DNA of 64,000 nucleotides from Ascoidea asiatica JCM 7603 (GCA_001600695.1 BCKQ01000007.1:185703-249702); one strand, 5' to 3'. Shown: positions 25,501-37,206, counted from the first letter of the stretch. Numbers and translations are program-made. Notes: generated by a model from the sequence alone, not told the origin.

Positions 25501-27647
25501 CTTTCAATAAAATAATCAACAAAATTTTGACTGACACCTAATAAAGAAGCATTTGAAGGATAATCAACATTAATTTCTTCTTCATTTATTGTTGAAGGTC
25601 TACCAAAAGTTGTACATAAAATCATTTCATATTTATAAACAGTCCACCATAATTGTTTTCTAACAGTTATTGCTTTTTTTGAAGGTAAACTATCAACACC
25701 AGATTTTCTATGAAGTCCAAGTGATAAAGCTTGTCTACAAGCTAAACCAATTAAAATCCAAGATGAATCTCTATTTTTTATTGAATATAAATAAACAGAA
25801 AATAAATATAATAATCTTACACCAATTATTGTTGGAGTTAAAACTATATCAGGTAAAGATAATTTAATTATTGTAATATATCTATTAACTAAATCATCAT
25901 TTAATTTACCATTTGGAAATTTAGAAAATCTTAAACCTAATAACCAAACAAGATATATACAACATATCCAACCAGTTGATAATCTTGTTTTAAATTTTTT
26001 AAAATTTTTTGAAGTATAAAATTTTTTAAAAATTTCTGGTGGATCAATTTTATTTTCAATACAATAAAAATAATAATCTTCTTTATTACATTCATTAATT
26101 TCATTCCAAAATTGTAAATATCTTTCTTGAAATATTGGTTTACAAAATGCAAAATAATATGGATGAATTTTTTCAAAAAAAATTTTTACATAAAAATCAG
26201 CTTCATCTTTATCTAAAACATTAATTAATGGAAATCTATCAGAATCAAATTTTATATTTTTTGAATTTAATTGAGGTAATTTAAATTTATTTACACCAAT
26301 TTTTGAAGAATATGAATTTAAATTATTTATATAATATTCTTCAAAATTTATATTAAATTTATTTGAATTTTGAATATTTTTATTATTATATTTAATATTA
26401 TTTGTTTGAGAAATATGATTAATTAAATTATTTTCACATTTAACAGTTTTAAATTTTGAATTTATTGATAATCTTGATTTATTTGATCTTTTTAAAATTA
26501 AATTACATAAACCATTTAATAAAGCTGGAGTACCTGCAGAACCAATATAATGAGGTCTACCTTGAACATCATAAACTAATCTTTCTAAACCATAATCTTC
26601 ATTATTATTGGTGTTATTGGTGTTATTGGATGTATTGGTTGTATTGGTTGTATTGGTGGTAGATTTATTTTGAATTAAATTTATATGATTAATATCAGTT
26701 ATTGGAATAATTGAATTTTTATTAACATTATCAGATTCTAATATTGGTTTAATAATATTTGGTAAATTTGAATTATTAATTTGATTATTAATTTGATTAT
26801 TAATTTGATTATTAATTTGATTATTAATTTCATTATTATTTTGAAAGTTATTATGATGAATTAAATTAATATTTAAATTTGGATTAAGATCACCACCAAT
26901 AACTTTAACTTTATTAAATAAATTAGTTTTAATATTATTATTTTTTACAACTTCAAATAATTTATTACTTAATAAGTTTATTGTATTTTGATCATTTTTC
27001 ATTTTCTTTTTCATTTTCATTTTCATTTTCATTTTCATTTTCTTATTATCTTGTATATTATCTTCATCTTGATGATCATTATCAAATGGAATTTCAGGCA
27101 TTTTAAAATTAAGAGAAATTCCAAGATTAATTAATTGATTAATATTATTAATATCAATTTTTGGATATAAACCATTAATTAAACAAATTAAAACTTCATA
27201 ATGTAAACCAAGATTATTAATATTACCATAAACTCTTCTTTTTCTTGGTAAATTAGTTATACAATTTATTTCATTTATTTCATTTATATCAACGATATTA
27301 GGGCCATTAGGGCCATTAGGGCCATTAGGGCCATTAGGGCCATTAGCGCCATTAGTATTATTACCTTGATTATTATTATTAAATTTAATACAATTTATAC
27401 ATGGAGTTTTTATATCATAAGATATTTCATTTGTATTTAAAATTGAATTATATGAATATCTTATACATTTTATTTTTTTTTTTTTACATCTATCACAACT
27501 AAATATTGCTCTTTTTCTTTTTTCATTTGGAATTCCAGTATATGTTTTTCTTTTTAATTTATTATTAATATTTTCATTATTTGATATATTATTTGATATA
27601 TTATTTGATATATTATTTGATATATTATTTGATATGATTTTTTCCAT
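22575..27647 (-). CDS. Zn(II)2Cys6 transcription factor with fungal TF middle-homology region
   Basis: RKRAIFSCDRCKKKKIKC...PCINC...C; FFEKIHPYY; SWILIGLACRQALSLGLHR; RKQLWWTVYKYE...GRPSTI; N-rich C-terminal region. Confidence 0.9.
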   Translation of the reverse strand: MEKIISNNISNNISNNISNNISNNENINNKLKRKTYTGIPNEKRKRAIFSCDRCKKKKIKCIRYSYNSILNTNEISYDIKTPCINCIKFNNNNQGNNTNGANGPNGPNGPNGPNGPNIVDINEINEINCITNLPRKRRVYGNINNLGLHYEVLICLINGLYPKIDINNINQLINLGISLNFKMPEIPFDNDHQDEDNIQDNKKMKMKMKMKMKKKMKNDQNTINLLSNKLFEVVKNNNIKTNLFNKVKVIGGDLNPNLNINLIHHNNFQNNNEINNQINNQINNQINNQINNSNLPNIIKPILESDNVNKNSIIPITDINHINLIQNKSTTNTTNTTNTSNNTNNTNNNEDYGLERLVYDVQGRPHYIGSAGTPALLNGLCNLILKRSNKSRLSINSKFKTVKCENNLINHISQTNNIKYNNKNIQNSNKFNINFEEYYINNLNSYSSKIGVNKFKLPQLNSKNIKFDSDRFPLINVLDKDEADFYVKIFFEKIHPYYFAFCKPIFQERYLQFWNEINECNKEDYYFYCIENKIDPPEIFKKFYTSKNFKKFKTRLSTGWICCIYLVWLLGLRFSKFPNGKLNDDLVNRYITIIKLSLPDIVLTPTIIGVRLLYLFSVYLYSIKNRDSSWILIGLACRQALSLGLHRKSGVDSLPSKKAITVRKQLWWTVYKYEMILCTTFGRPSTINEEEINVDYPSNASLLGVSQNFVDYFIESVKLSRILSSILDFRKLLYNGASVKSTDSLNHSPLSLSNVEKTLEIRQTLQKFLKGLSSKNLDLKSILDELEGRINTNHEDAERVMINIRYKIKLHMQFHSYVINLTLPFVLYLVHMTVSRSITLKEFDESVTLIINSALKSAIMVCELLDTLNIMEQVDGTLYLDVFYGYCAIMALIPFFIYLSPNKSNDTKKKNKSKKSESNLEIGKKCKNSDLDFLIEGIKIDKIFILKSINKIRKAMKNNLFKIDGSMRKMYEVSESLLKEVGLVSLLDKNLKKDEKLKKANNGKVKFSLTFLDNHDLHHKRGYELDSDKGHDSKKLKLQKEIINKDHHSLIEDSTDEDSVEVNNGYNTKITENDLGYYENDSSFTKNGSDNINEEYELSDSEPNHEHTIHSQIHDIDEKFEPILDKKIDISCQNIQNDSILPTNKASQGIKGNSPEIIHSSNYKNNDNNIKPILSKINSNLNKNIYNTPQPIQSKDQQFSRRNIPIYIKPNDKTSNQINTQKVNNKKVISSKNDDSNFNINNLNSIRDNDVVRNNNNNIVRNTDTNNFNNNTNTNNISTNSNKDSIFYEQNNNRFSQGNNDKNRNYSKKFNENDGQYIISNDHNNQSNKESSNFNSKNINTSISNTNLTDVNIKNGRSSNTMNDINIMNRVNNMSMNNISMNAMGMNNMNMNNVSMNNNGGISMRNSNSIQSNNDTNNNSSNSNGNNGGINGIFDNIDSELTLDHDMIDSFFQTANDTLFNLGNNSFGNDNNNNLYFNPLNNTYNYNYDLIMNMNGQFINATNSCSNSNNNNSGNNSVNNNNINNKNMNMNMNVNTSNKNQNCINNGNRRNSISMNNLNNLNNINPINSMPNISNMNNFNMSTSNSMSDLSNINNFKNQNMNNPNTVQMSIDYSNDSNHNGRYNGNGNSIRNNNGGNNGNNNVNNNENSNGNGSGIMMNRITSATIKNNDEYINDILNNFELNNNQSLFH
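27297..27355. repeat. 9-bp minisatellite (ATTAGGGCC)5 plus one variant; encodes NGP repeats on the minus strand
   Basis: Directly visible tandem array inside the zinc-cluster coding region. Confidence 0.95.
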
Positions 27648-28228
27648 TGTTTGTTTATTATATAGATATGAATATGGATATATTTAATTAAATTCCGAGA
27701 TGGAATAGATAATAATAAAAGATATTGAGAGTGGATTGAGAGGGTATAAAGTGATTGAATATTATTATTTCATATTATATGATATATGATATATTATATG
27801 ATATATTATATTATATTATATTGTATTGTATTATATTGTATTATATTATATATTATATTGTTTATTGTTGTTTTATAGTAAATGTCTATTGATTATAAAT
27901 ATAATAGATTAATACAATAGACAAAGATAAAGGATTAAGATATATGAATATGAATGTGAGTAAATGAGTAACCGAGTAAAATGATCAAATGATCAAATGA
28001 CCTTTGCTGGCTGGAAAGGGTAATATGTGGCGGTGCAGTGCACTTTCCTTTAAATCCACTTCTCTGGCTCCAGTCACGGGAAATGATCAACACTCAAATG
28101 GCTTGGCTTGGCTTGTATTTGCAATTGACTGATTCATATTACTCATATTCTTATTGATATTCTTCTTATTCTTCTTGTTCATCAGTAATTACTTCAATAC
28201 TACACTACTGCAATACTGCAATACTACA

Positions 28229-28792
28229 ATGATTCCTATTAGAACACTGGCATCTATCTCAAAGTATCCAAACTTACTCAATTCAATATCTAAATCAATT
28301 TCAAGATTATCTTATTCATCCATACAAAACTCAATTCACTCAAATTATTCAATCACCAATATAAATAAAATAAATAAAATAAATTCAATAAATTTAAAAA
28401 AAAATTATTCAATAACTACAAATGGTAATGAAATTCCAGATGAAATTGAAAAATTATCAATAAATCAATATAATAAAATTTCAAATAATTATCTTGATTT
28501 ATTACTTGAAGAAATTGAAAAAATTTCTGATAATTTAATTTTTATAGATATTGATTATTCAGATGGTGTAATGAATTTTGAATTACCAAAATTTGGTAAT
28601 TATGTTATAAATAAACAACCTCCAAATAAACAAATTTGGTTATCTTCTCCAATCTCTGGTCCAAATAGATTCGATTATTATAATTCAAAATGGATCTCAT
28701 TAAGAAATGGTAATATTTTAGGTGATATTTTAAGAAATGAATTTTCTAAAGCTTTAAATACTAATATTCAATTTCCTGGTATTGATGATTAA
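28229..28792 (+). CDS. YFH1: Mitochondrial frataxin
   Basis: First ATG is at 28229 (the ORF track starts at an upstream TTG). Basic/Ser-rich presequence; DYSDGVM, GNYVINKQPPNKQIWLSSPISGPNRFD. Confidence 0.95.
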   Translation: MIPIRTLASISKYPNLLNSISKSISRLSYSSIQNSIHSNYSITNINKINKINSINLKKNYSITTNGNEIPDEIEKLSINQYNKISNNYLDLLLEEIEKISDNLIFIDIDYSDGVMNFELPKFGNYVINKQPPNKQIWLSSPISGPNRFDYYNSKWISLRNGNILGDILRNEFSKALNTNIQFPGIDD

Positions 28793-29084
28793 TTTCTTTC
28801 TTTCTTTCTTTCTTTCTCTCTTTCTTTCTCTCTTTTCTTATTCTATTCATAATATGAATATAAATATAAATATAAATCTTTCTTGTAAATAAATTAAACT
28901 AAAATAAATCCGCATACCTTTTTTGAAATTTCCGTGTTCTGCCGTGTGTTTACACCCGGAAAGATACTTCCGATACAATCCGCGTAAATCCGAAATGTTT
29001 CCGTATTACGTAACTTTTTTTTTAAATTTTTGTTTGTTTTCAAAAAACCACTAAAAATAAAATAGAATAAAATAAATAAAGAAA

Positions 29085-29115
<31 letters not shown>

Positions 29116-29166
29116 ATATTAAAAGTCTGAGGATTAATCATTTGAATTCATTCAATATTGATTATT

Positions 29167-29231
29167 AAAACTATCTTAAAGTATCTTAAAAGTATCTTAA
29201 AAGTATCTTAAAAGTATCTTAAAAGTATCTT
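29167..29231 (+). repeat. 11-bp tandem repeat (AAAAGTATCTT) x~6 in the UBP1 leader
   Basis: Four perfect and two variant units. A further (TATTAACATATC)x3 lies at ~29304-29346. Confidence 0.9.
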
Positions 29232-29379
29232 CTCAACTTATATTCAAAACAAAACAATGGAATATATATATATTAAATCTTAAACAATATATCTCATATT
29301 CATTATTAACATATCTATTAACATATCTATTAACATATCTATTAACTTTATATATATATATATATATATTAATAAGTAA

Positions 29380-32346
29380 ATGATTTTTTTAAAAAATTCA
29401 TTAATTTATATATTCTCTCTATTCTTTTGCTTATCTTATTATTTCATTCCAATATATTCATTAAAATCAACAAGAAATTCAATCAAAAATAAGAAAACTT
29501 ATTATAAATATAATAATCCAAATTTTTACGATTACAATAACAATAACATAAATAATAACAATAACATAAACAATAACTATTTCAATATTAATCAATTAAA
29601 TAATAATATAAATCAAAGAAATTTCTCAATTTCTAAATTTTTTTTACCTTTATTTTTTTCAATCTTTATTTTATATTTCCCATTAAAATTATTACTTAAA
29701 AATTTTAATATAAATTTAAATTTTACAAAATTTTCAAAAAATTTAATTAAAAAAAATAAAAATTTAATTAAAAAAAATTTAAAATACTATTTAAATTTAA
29801 ATTCAAATAATATTTTAAATATAAATAATATAAGTAATTTGTTTTTTAATAATATGCGTAATAAAAATAAATCAAAAAAAAAAAATAGTAATAACAATAA
29901 CAATAACAATAATAACATTTTAACTAGAAATAGAAATAGATTTAATAATAAATTTAATAATAAATTTAATAATAAATTTAATAATAAATTTAATAAAAAT
30001 AAAAAAAAATTAAATAATTTAAATATTATAGCTTTAAAAAATGGTGGTTTAGTTGGTGGTTTAACAAATGATGGTAATACTTGTTTTATGAATTCAGTTT
30101 TACAATCTTTATCTTCAAGTAAATTTTTTTTAAAATTTATTCAAAATACAATTAATCAAGATAATTTAAATAATTTAAATAATCAAAATAATCAAAATAA
30201 TCAAAATAATATTCAATTTACAAAATCTTTATTAATTTTATTAAATAAATTAAATGATAAACATTATAAAAATGAAGTTGAATATAATGTACAACCTTTA
30301 ATTAAAAAAATGAATAAAAATTTTGAAAAACATAGTTTCTTAGGAATTTATAATCAAGAAGATGCTCAAGAATTTTTTCAATTACTTTTAACTCAAATTG
30401 AAAAAGAATTAAAACTTTTAAATAAAAATGAAAATAATGAAAATAATGAAAAATTTGAAGATTTAAAAATTTTAAAAAAAATTAATTCAAATTCAAAAAT
30501 TATTATAGGTTTAAATAAAATTGGTTATTTAGGTAAAGTTTATGTACCTGCAATTCAAATTGATCCAAAAAATGGTTTAAATAAATATTTTGGTTTAAAT
30601 TTAATAACTCCTGTTGATGGTATAAATGTTGAAAGAATTGGATGTTTAAATTGTGGTGAAACTGGTGGTATAAGATATTCTGTAATTAGTGGTTTAAGTT
30701 TAAATTTACCTCAACAACAACAACAACAACAACAATATAATAGTTTTTATTCATATGGTAGAAATAATTCAATAAAATTAGAAGAATTATTAGAAGAATA
30801 TATTAAAGAAGAAATTATTGAAGATGTTGAATGTAATAGATGTGGATTAATTTCAATTGCAGATTTTCTTAAAGATAAAATAATTAATTTAAATGAAAAA
30901 ATAAATAATAATAAAGAAGACATTAAAGACATTGAAGAAAATGAAGAAATTGAAGAAATTGAAGAAAATAAAGAAGAAAATGAATCAATGAATGATAATA
31001 AAATAAATAATTTGAAAATTAAAGAATTATATGAACTTAAATTAAAAGAAATTGAAAATGAATTAAAACAAAAAATTATTGAAGATGATGATTATAAAAG
31101 ATTAAAAAGTAATAATATTTCAAATAATAGTAATATTTTTGTTTCAAAATCTTCAAAAAGTAAACAAAATTTTATTGAAAGACCACCTTCATTATTATCA
31201 ATACATATTAATAGATCTGTATTTGATTATAATACTGGATCAATAATTAAAAATAATATAAATATTGAATTTCCAATGAAATTAAATTTAAATAATTATG
31301 TTTCTATAGATGAAGATATTAATGTTGATGCAAGAAAACCAATGAGAAAACAAGATGAATTAAAAATTCGATTAAAAGAGTTAATAGAATTAAAAGAAAA
31401 TAAAAATTTAAAAGAATTTGAAGAAATAAAAAATGATGAAGAAATTAAAAAAATTAAAGAAGATGAAGATGAAAGTAAAGAAGAAGATGAAGAAATTAAA
31501 AAAATTAAAGAAGAATTAAAAAAATATGAAAATATTAAAAAAAAATTAGATTATAAATTAAAATCAGTTATTTTACATTATGGTACACATAATTATGGAC
31601 ATTATGTTGCATTTAGAAAACATAGAGGAAATTGGTGGAATATTTCAGATGAAGAAGTTGAAGTTACAACTAAAGAAGAAGTTTTAAATTCATCAGGAGT
31701 TTTTATGTTATTTTATGAAAAAGATAATGAAAATAGTGATGATATTGAAGATAGAGAATATAATTATGAAAATGAAGAAGATAAGAGTGCTGAAGAAGAC
31801 GAAGAGCAAGAAGATGAAGAAGAGAATAATGAAGAAGAAGAAGAAGAAGAAGAAGAAGAAGAAGAAGAAGATGATGATGATGATGATGAATTAGATTCAG
31901 AAGTAGCTGAAGAAGATATTACCAATAATAGTAATACTAGTGGTTATAAGAAATATAGTGATTTTGATGAAAATGAAGATAGTAATGATATAACTGTTGA
32001 TGGAACGGCTCTGGATAATGATTCTATGCAATTAAATTTGTCAAGTGATGTTAATGTTGATTATGATGAAGAGTTTGAAGAAGAAGAAGAAAACCGAAAT
32101 GGAGATTTATTAGGATTTTCATCAGTTTCGTCTAAGGAAAATAATAAAGAATCTGAGATTTTAAAAGTACAAAATGAAAAGAATATTCAAGAACCAGATA
32201 TAGATATGGAATCTTCAAAAGAAGATATAAAAGATATTGTGAAAACAATAAAAGATAATCAAAATAATTCAAAAAATTCATTATCAAAAACATCTTCATC
32301 AAGTTCAGTAAATGAAGTTTTAACATTTTCTACAGCTAATATATAA
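29380..32346 (+). CDS. UBP1: Ubiquitin-specific protease Ubp1 with N-terminal hydrophobic segments
   Basis: Cys box GGLTNDGNTCFMNSVLQSL, QEDAQEFFQ, RIGCLNCGETGGIRYS, His box HYGTHNYGHYVAFR...WWNISDE. Lies next to YFH1, as in S. cerevisiae (YDL120W/YDL122W). Confidence 0.92.
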   Translation: MIFLKNSLIYIFSLFFCLSYYFIPIYSLKSTRNSIKNKKTYYKYNNPNFYDYNNNNINNNNNINNNYFNINQLNNNINQRNFSISKFFLPLFFSIFILYFPLKLLLKNFNINLNFTKFSKNLIKKNKNLIKKNLKYYLNLNSNNILNINNISNLFFNNMRNKNKSKKKNSNNNNNNNNNILTRNRNRFNNKFNNKFNNKFNNKFNKNKKKLNNLNIIALKNGGLVGGLTNDGNTCFMNSVLQSLSSSKFFLKFIQNTINQDNLNNLNNQNNQNNQNNIQFTKSLLILLNKLNDKHYKNEVEYNVQPLIKKMNKNFEKHSFLGIYNQEDAQEFFQLLLTQIEKELKLLNKNENNENNEKFEDLKILKKINSNSKIIIGLNKIGYLGKVYVPAIQIDPKNGLNKYFGLNLITPVDGINVERIGCLNCGETGGIRYSVISGLSLNLPQQQQQQQQYNSFYSYGRNNSIKLEELLEEYIKEEIIEDVECNRCGLISIADFLKDKIINLNEKINNNKEDIKDIEENEEIEEIEENKEENESMNDNKINNLKIKELYELKLKEIENELKQKIIEDDDYKRLKSNNISNNSNIFVSKSSKSKQNFIERPPSLLSIHINRSVFDYNTGSIIKNNINIEFPMKLNLNNYVSIDEDINVDARKPMRKQDELKIRLKELIELKENKNLKEFEEIKNDEEIKKIKEDEDESKEEDEEIKKIKEELKKYENIKKKLDYKLKSVILHYGTHNYGHYVAFRKHRGNWWNISDEEVEVTTKEEVLNSSGVFMLFYEKDNENSDDIEDREYNYENEEDKSAEEDEEQEDEEENNEEEEEEEEEEEEEDDDDDDELDSEVAEEDITNNSNTSGYKKYSDFDENEDSNDITVDGTALDNDSMQLNLSSDVNVDYDEEFEEEEENRNGDLLGFSSVSSKENNKESEILKVQNEKNIQEPDIDMESSKEDIKDIVKTIKDNQNNSKNSLSKTSSSSSVNEVLTFSTANI

Positions 32347-34184
32347 CTTTAAATAAGTTTTTTGACATTTTAGATTTTTTCATTTTCATTTTCATTTTCA
32401 TTTTCATTCTCATTTTAATTTTTATTTTTATTTCAAGCTTTAAAATTTAAAATTTCACTAAATTTTTAAGTGAAATTTCAAAAAGAGAATTAAGGTTTCT
32501 GGGTGCAGTCTGCAGCTGCGTGTGAATGTACATGTGCATTAAACCCACAAAAATGGATATTGTGGTCATGTGACCAATTTTTTTTGTATTTCCTGTTAAG
32601 CATGTGACTGCGTAAATAAAAACATGTAATAAATCCTGTTCCTTTGTTACGGCTTTGAATTCCATTACAAACTCCTTGAAAAAAGGTTAGTGTGTGGCTG
32701 GTGGCGGGTGTGTTGAATCCCTGCAGCATAATTGCATCATTACCTGCAGTAGTTTAGTCACGTGCTGTTTACCCTTTTTTTTATTATCAATTATATTCCA
32801 TAATATCAAGGGATGCATGTATACATAACTCCCTTTTTTTTGTTTCTTTACCTCTCCTATTTCCTATATTTTTCTCCAGTATTATCTCCCTATTGAACCA
32901 AATACCCCCGTGCTCTATCCCCTAGGCGAGTCTTCCCCCCTTTTCTGCTGCGCCACCCTGGCTGCACCCACCCAATCCTCTGCGCCGTACCACTCCCATG
33001 GCTCTGCGGCGCTGCCATGAAAATTTTCCTTTTCTTCCTCGCTCTTTTTTTCGTGTCTTTCGCTGCTCAATGAAATCTTCCGTGTTTTCGCTGCTACTAA
33101 ACACCACTTCTGCCACCACTTCTACTACCATTTCTACTAAACACTTCTACTAAACACTTCTACTAAACACTTCTTTCTACCACTGCTACTAAACAACTGC
33201 GCTCTGTTCCTATTATTACTACTCCTACTACTGCTTTTACTTTTTTTACTACTTTTACCACTAACTACTACCGTTACTATTACTATTACTATTAAATCTA
33301 ATATATTCAATATTTTCCTTAGATTTTCTTACTTTTACTTTCATTTCTATTATATTCCTCTCTTTTTTTTTTTTTTTTGATATCTTTCAATATTAAAAAA
33401 ATAAATATATCTTTATTTATTTCAAATCTAATTCAAATATACTTTTTATTGATAATTAATTCTATTGATATTTCTTTTTGATATTTCTATTTCTATTTTA
33501 TCTTAAACTTTTATTATTCTATTATTCTATTATTCTATTATTCTATTATTCTTTTATTTTATCTATTTTGTTAATTTTGTTATTTTTTTATATATCATTT
33601 TATCATTTTATCATATAAATTAATCAATCATCTTATAATTTTCTCATTCAATAATCAATCTCATATCTTAAATTTTATCATTTTTATTTCATTTAATTCA
33701 TCAATTAATATTAAATAAAAAAAAAAAAAAAAACATTTATAGTAAATCATTTATCATTAATCATTTATCATTTATCATTTATCATTCATCAATTGTCAAT
33801 TATCAATTATCAATTATCAATTACTTAATAATAATAAATATAATTTCAAAATAATTTAAAAAATTTTAAATTCATATTAGTTTATCTATTTATTTTTTTT
33901 TTTTTACTTTTTTTAAATTTATTTATTTATATATTTCATATATTTTATATCAATTATCAATAACTATTAATCAATTAATCAATTAACAATTGAAAAGACA
34001 AAGACATTTTATTTTATTTTATTATTCTATTGTATATCTTTCTAAAAATTTATTCAATTCAATTTAATTTATTTACTTACTTATTCATTTATTTACTAAT
34101 ATATTTACTTACTTACTTATTTATTCTATTGTTTTTTATTATCCATTTATATATAAATTACTCTAAAATTATCTTTTTTACAAA

Positions 34185-35975
34185 ATGAGTACTAATGAAA
34201 CTATCCCCACTTCTTCTGATCAAAGTGTTCCTCCTTTAGATCAACAACAACAACAACAACAACAACAGGATCAACAACCTCAAGCAAATCAAATTCAATC
34301 TGAAAATGATGATCAATCAATTAATCAACAACAACAACAACAACAACAAGTTCCTCAACAACAACAACAACAAGTCAATCAAGGTGTTCCTCAACAACAA
34401 GTAAATCAACAAGTTGTTAATCAACAAGCTGAAATTCAACCTGCAAATGCTACTCAAGGTGGTAGAGAAATTTCAAATAAAATCTTATATGTTGGTGGTT
34501 TACCAAAAACTGTTACTGATGATATGTTAAGAGAATTATTTGCTGTAACTGGTCCTGTAGAATCTGTAAAAATTTTATTTGATAAAAATAAACCTGGTTT
34601 TAATTATGCTTTTATAGAATATGATAATTCTCAAAGTGCAGAAATGGCAAAACATACTTTAAATAATAGAGTTATTAATAATTCTGAAATTTCAATTAAT
34701 TGGGCTTATCAATCTCAACAAGCAAAATCTAATGATTCAACTTTTAATATCTTCATTGGTGATTTATCAAGTGAAGTTAATGATGATTTATTAGCAAAAT
34801 CTTTTTCAAGATTTAATTCAATGTTACAAGCTCATGTAATGTGGGATATGCAAACTGGTAGATCAAGAGGTTATGGTTTTGTTTCTTTTTCTGATCATGG
34901 TGATGCTGAAAATGCAATTAAAACAATGAATGGTGAATGGATTGGTGGTAGAACAATTAGATGTAATTGGGCTTCTCATAAACAAAATGCTCAACAAAAT
35001 CAAAATATGAATCAACAACAACAACAACAACAACAACAACAAAATATGAATCAAAGTATGAATCAAAATATGAATCAAAATAATAATAATAATAATAATC
35101 AAAATATGATTTCAAATATGATTCCAAATATGAATCCAAATATGATCCCAAATATGAATCAACAACAAAATAATCAAATTTTATCTCAATCTTTAAATAA
35201 TCAAAATCCTTTAAATAATCAACAAAATAATTTCTTAAATAATAATTCAAATAATTCAATTAATCAAATGAATCAATTAAATCAATTAAATAATCCAAAT
35301 AATTCAAATTCAAATTCTACTAATAATAATAATAATAATAATAATTCTGCTCAATTATCAAATTCTTCAAATGATTTAAATAGTCCAAATAATTTAAATA
35401 ATCCTTTAAATTTACAATCAAATCAATCTGTTTTTAATAATCAAAATTCAATGAATTTATCTCCAAATCAAGATTTACAAAATTTATCTACTTCAACTTC
35501 TTCAAATCAACAATCTTCTCAAAATAATTCAAATAATTCAAATCCTTTAAATAGTCCAATGAATCCAATGGGTATTCCTTCAATTCCAAATCAAAATCAA
35601 AATAATAATTCAAATCAAGGTTCAATTCAAATTGGTGGTATGCCTCCAATTCAATCTTATGATATGGTTGTTAGACAAACTCCTTCTTGGCAAGCAACTG
35701 TTTATCTTGGTAATTTAGCTCATTTCACTACTCAAAATGAATTAATTCCTTTATTACAAAATTTTGGTTTTATTGTTGATTTTAAATTTCATCCTGAAAG
35801 AGGTTGCGCTTTTGTTAAATATGATTCTCATGAAAGAGCTGCTTTAGCAATTGTTCAATTAGCTGGTTTAAATGTTAATGGTAGACCATTAAAATGTGGT
35901 TGGGGTAAAGATAGACCTCCAAATATGCCATATAATAATTATGGTCGTGTTATGTATGGTGGTCAACAACGTTAA
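34185..35975 (+). CDS. PUB1: Poly(U)-binding stress-granule protein Pub1 (3 RRMs)
   Basis: GGREISNKILYVGGL; FNIFIGDLS...AHVMWDMQTGRSRGYGFVSF; TVYLGNL...LIPLLQNFGFI...GRPLKCGWGK; Q/N-rich linkers. Confidence 0.95.
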   Translation: MSTNETIPTSSDQSVPPLDQQQQQQQQQDQQPQANQIQSENDDQSINQQQQQQQQVPQQQQQQVNQGVPQQQVNQQVVNQQAEIQPANATQGGREISNKILYVGGLPKTVTDDMLRELFAVTGPVESVKILFDKNKPGFNYAFIEYDNSQSAEMAKHTLNNRVINNSEISINWAYQSQQAKSNDSTFNIFIGDLSSEVNDDLLAKSFSRFNSMLQAHVMWDMQTGRSRGYGFVSFSDHGDAENAIKTMNGEWIGGRTIRCNWASHKQNAQQNQNMNQQQQQQQQQQNMNQSMNQNMNQNNNNNNNQNMISNMIPNMNPNMIPNMNQQQNNQILSQSLNNQNPLNNQQNNFLNNNSNNSINQMNQLNQLNNPNNSNSNSTNNNNNNNNSAQLSNSSNDLNSPNNLNNPLNLQSNQSVFNNQNSMNLSPNQDLQNLSTSTSSNQQSSQNNSNNSNPLNSPMNPMGIPSIPNQNQNNNSNQGSIQIGGMPPIQSYDMVVRQTPSWQATVYLGNLAHFTTQNELIPLLQNFGFIVDFKFHPERGCAFVKYDSHERAALAIVQLAGLNVNGRPLKCGWGKDRPPNMPYNNYGRVMYGGQQR

Positions 35976-37206
35976 ATTTCCTCAATTTTTTTAATAAAAC
36001 AAAATTAAAAAAACTAAAAAAAATGAAAAATTCTTTAAAATCTATTTTTTGGAAATCAATTTTTTTAAATTAAAAGACTGTGTATATCAATTTTTGTTGT
36101 TGTTTATTATTATTCATCTTTATAAGTATATCTTTCTTTTTTTAAAATTTGGCTTTGACTTTTTTTAATTTATTTTACTTCAATTGATTTCTTCAAAATT
36201 TTTTTTTTTTTTTCTTTTTTTTAATTTTAATTTATTCTCAAATTTTCTATTTTGAGGTTTTTTTTAATTATTCGTGCTTTAAAAACTTATTCTGTGTTGT
36301 TTAAATTTAAAGAGAGAAAAAAAAAATAAAGATTCATAAATTTTAAATTCAATATTTTATTCATTATCATATACTTTTTAAATTTTATTTATTCATTTAT
36401 CTATTATTTATCATTTATATATAATATTCCTACTTTTTATTACTTGATTTTTTTTTCTTTACTTATTTTTTAACCTCTTATTTACAACCTCTGTCTATCT
36501 CTATCTCTATATCTATCTCTGTCTCTATCTCTATATTTATCTTTATCTCTTTATAACTCTATATCTACTTTTTATCTTTATATTTATCTTTATCTTTTTA
36601 AGATTTTTATGATTTATTTAAAGAATTTTGTTAATATCTTTTTGGGGTTTATTGTTATTATTTATTTATCTTTAATTTATAATTAAGTTAACTTTTTTTT
36701 TATATAATTTTTATAAAAAGAAAAAAATTCTATTGTTTTAAATTTTTTTTATTTATTTATTATCAATAGGCCTTTATTTTAATATTTTTTTTTATTTTAA
36801 TCGTTGATTATTTAACTACTATCTTTTTTGGGGTCATATTTTGTCTTCTAATTATGTTTGTTATTTATCTTATCTACTATTTATATGTCATATATATTTA
36901 AAATATAATTTGTTTTACTCTATTTAAAAATTATTGAACAATCATTGTAGTTTATGTAATTGATTTTAAATTAAAAATTGTGAAATGGATTTTGATTTAT
37001 AGTACATCTAAAAGTATTAAATTATAATTATGTAAAAGAAATAGATAAATGAAAAAAAAATTTAATAGATTTTTATAAAAAAGTTCTTGAAGAATTAAAT
37101 AATTGTCAGGAAGAAATAAGAAAATATAATTGAAAAATATGAATGAAATGCTATTAATGAATTGAAATAATAAAGCTATGCAAATATTGTTAAAATTTAG
37201 TTGATT

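Noticed and set aside
28154-28228. Hydrophobic N-terminal extension of frataxin
   Set aside because: Begins at TTG; the first ATG at 28229 gives a normal mitochondrial presequence.
32447-33131. Short minus-strand ORFs upstream of PUB1
   Set aside because: Coincide with a GC-rich promoter island and simple repeats.
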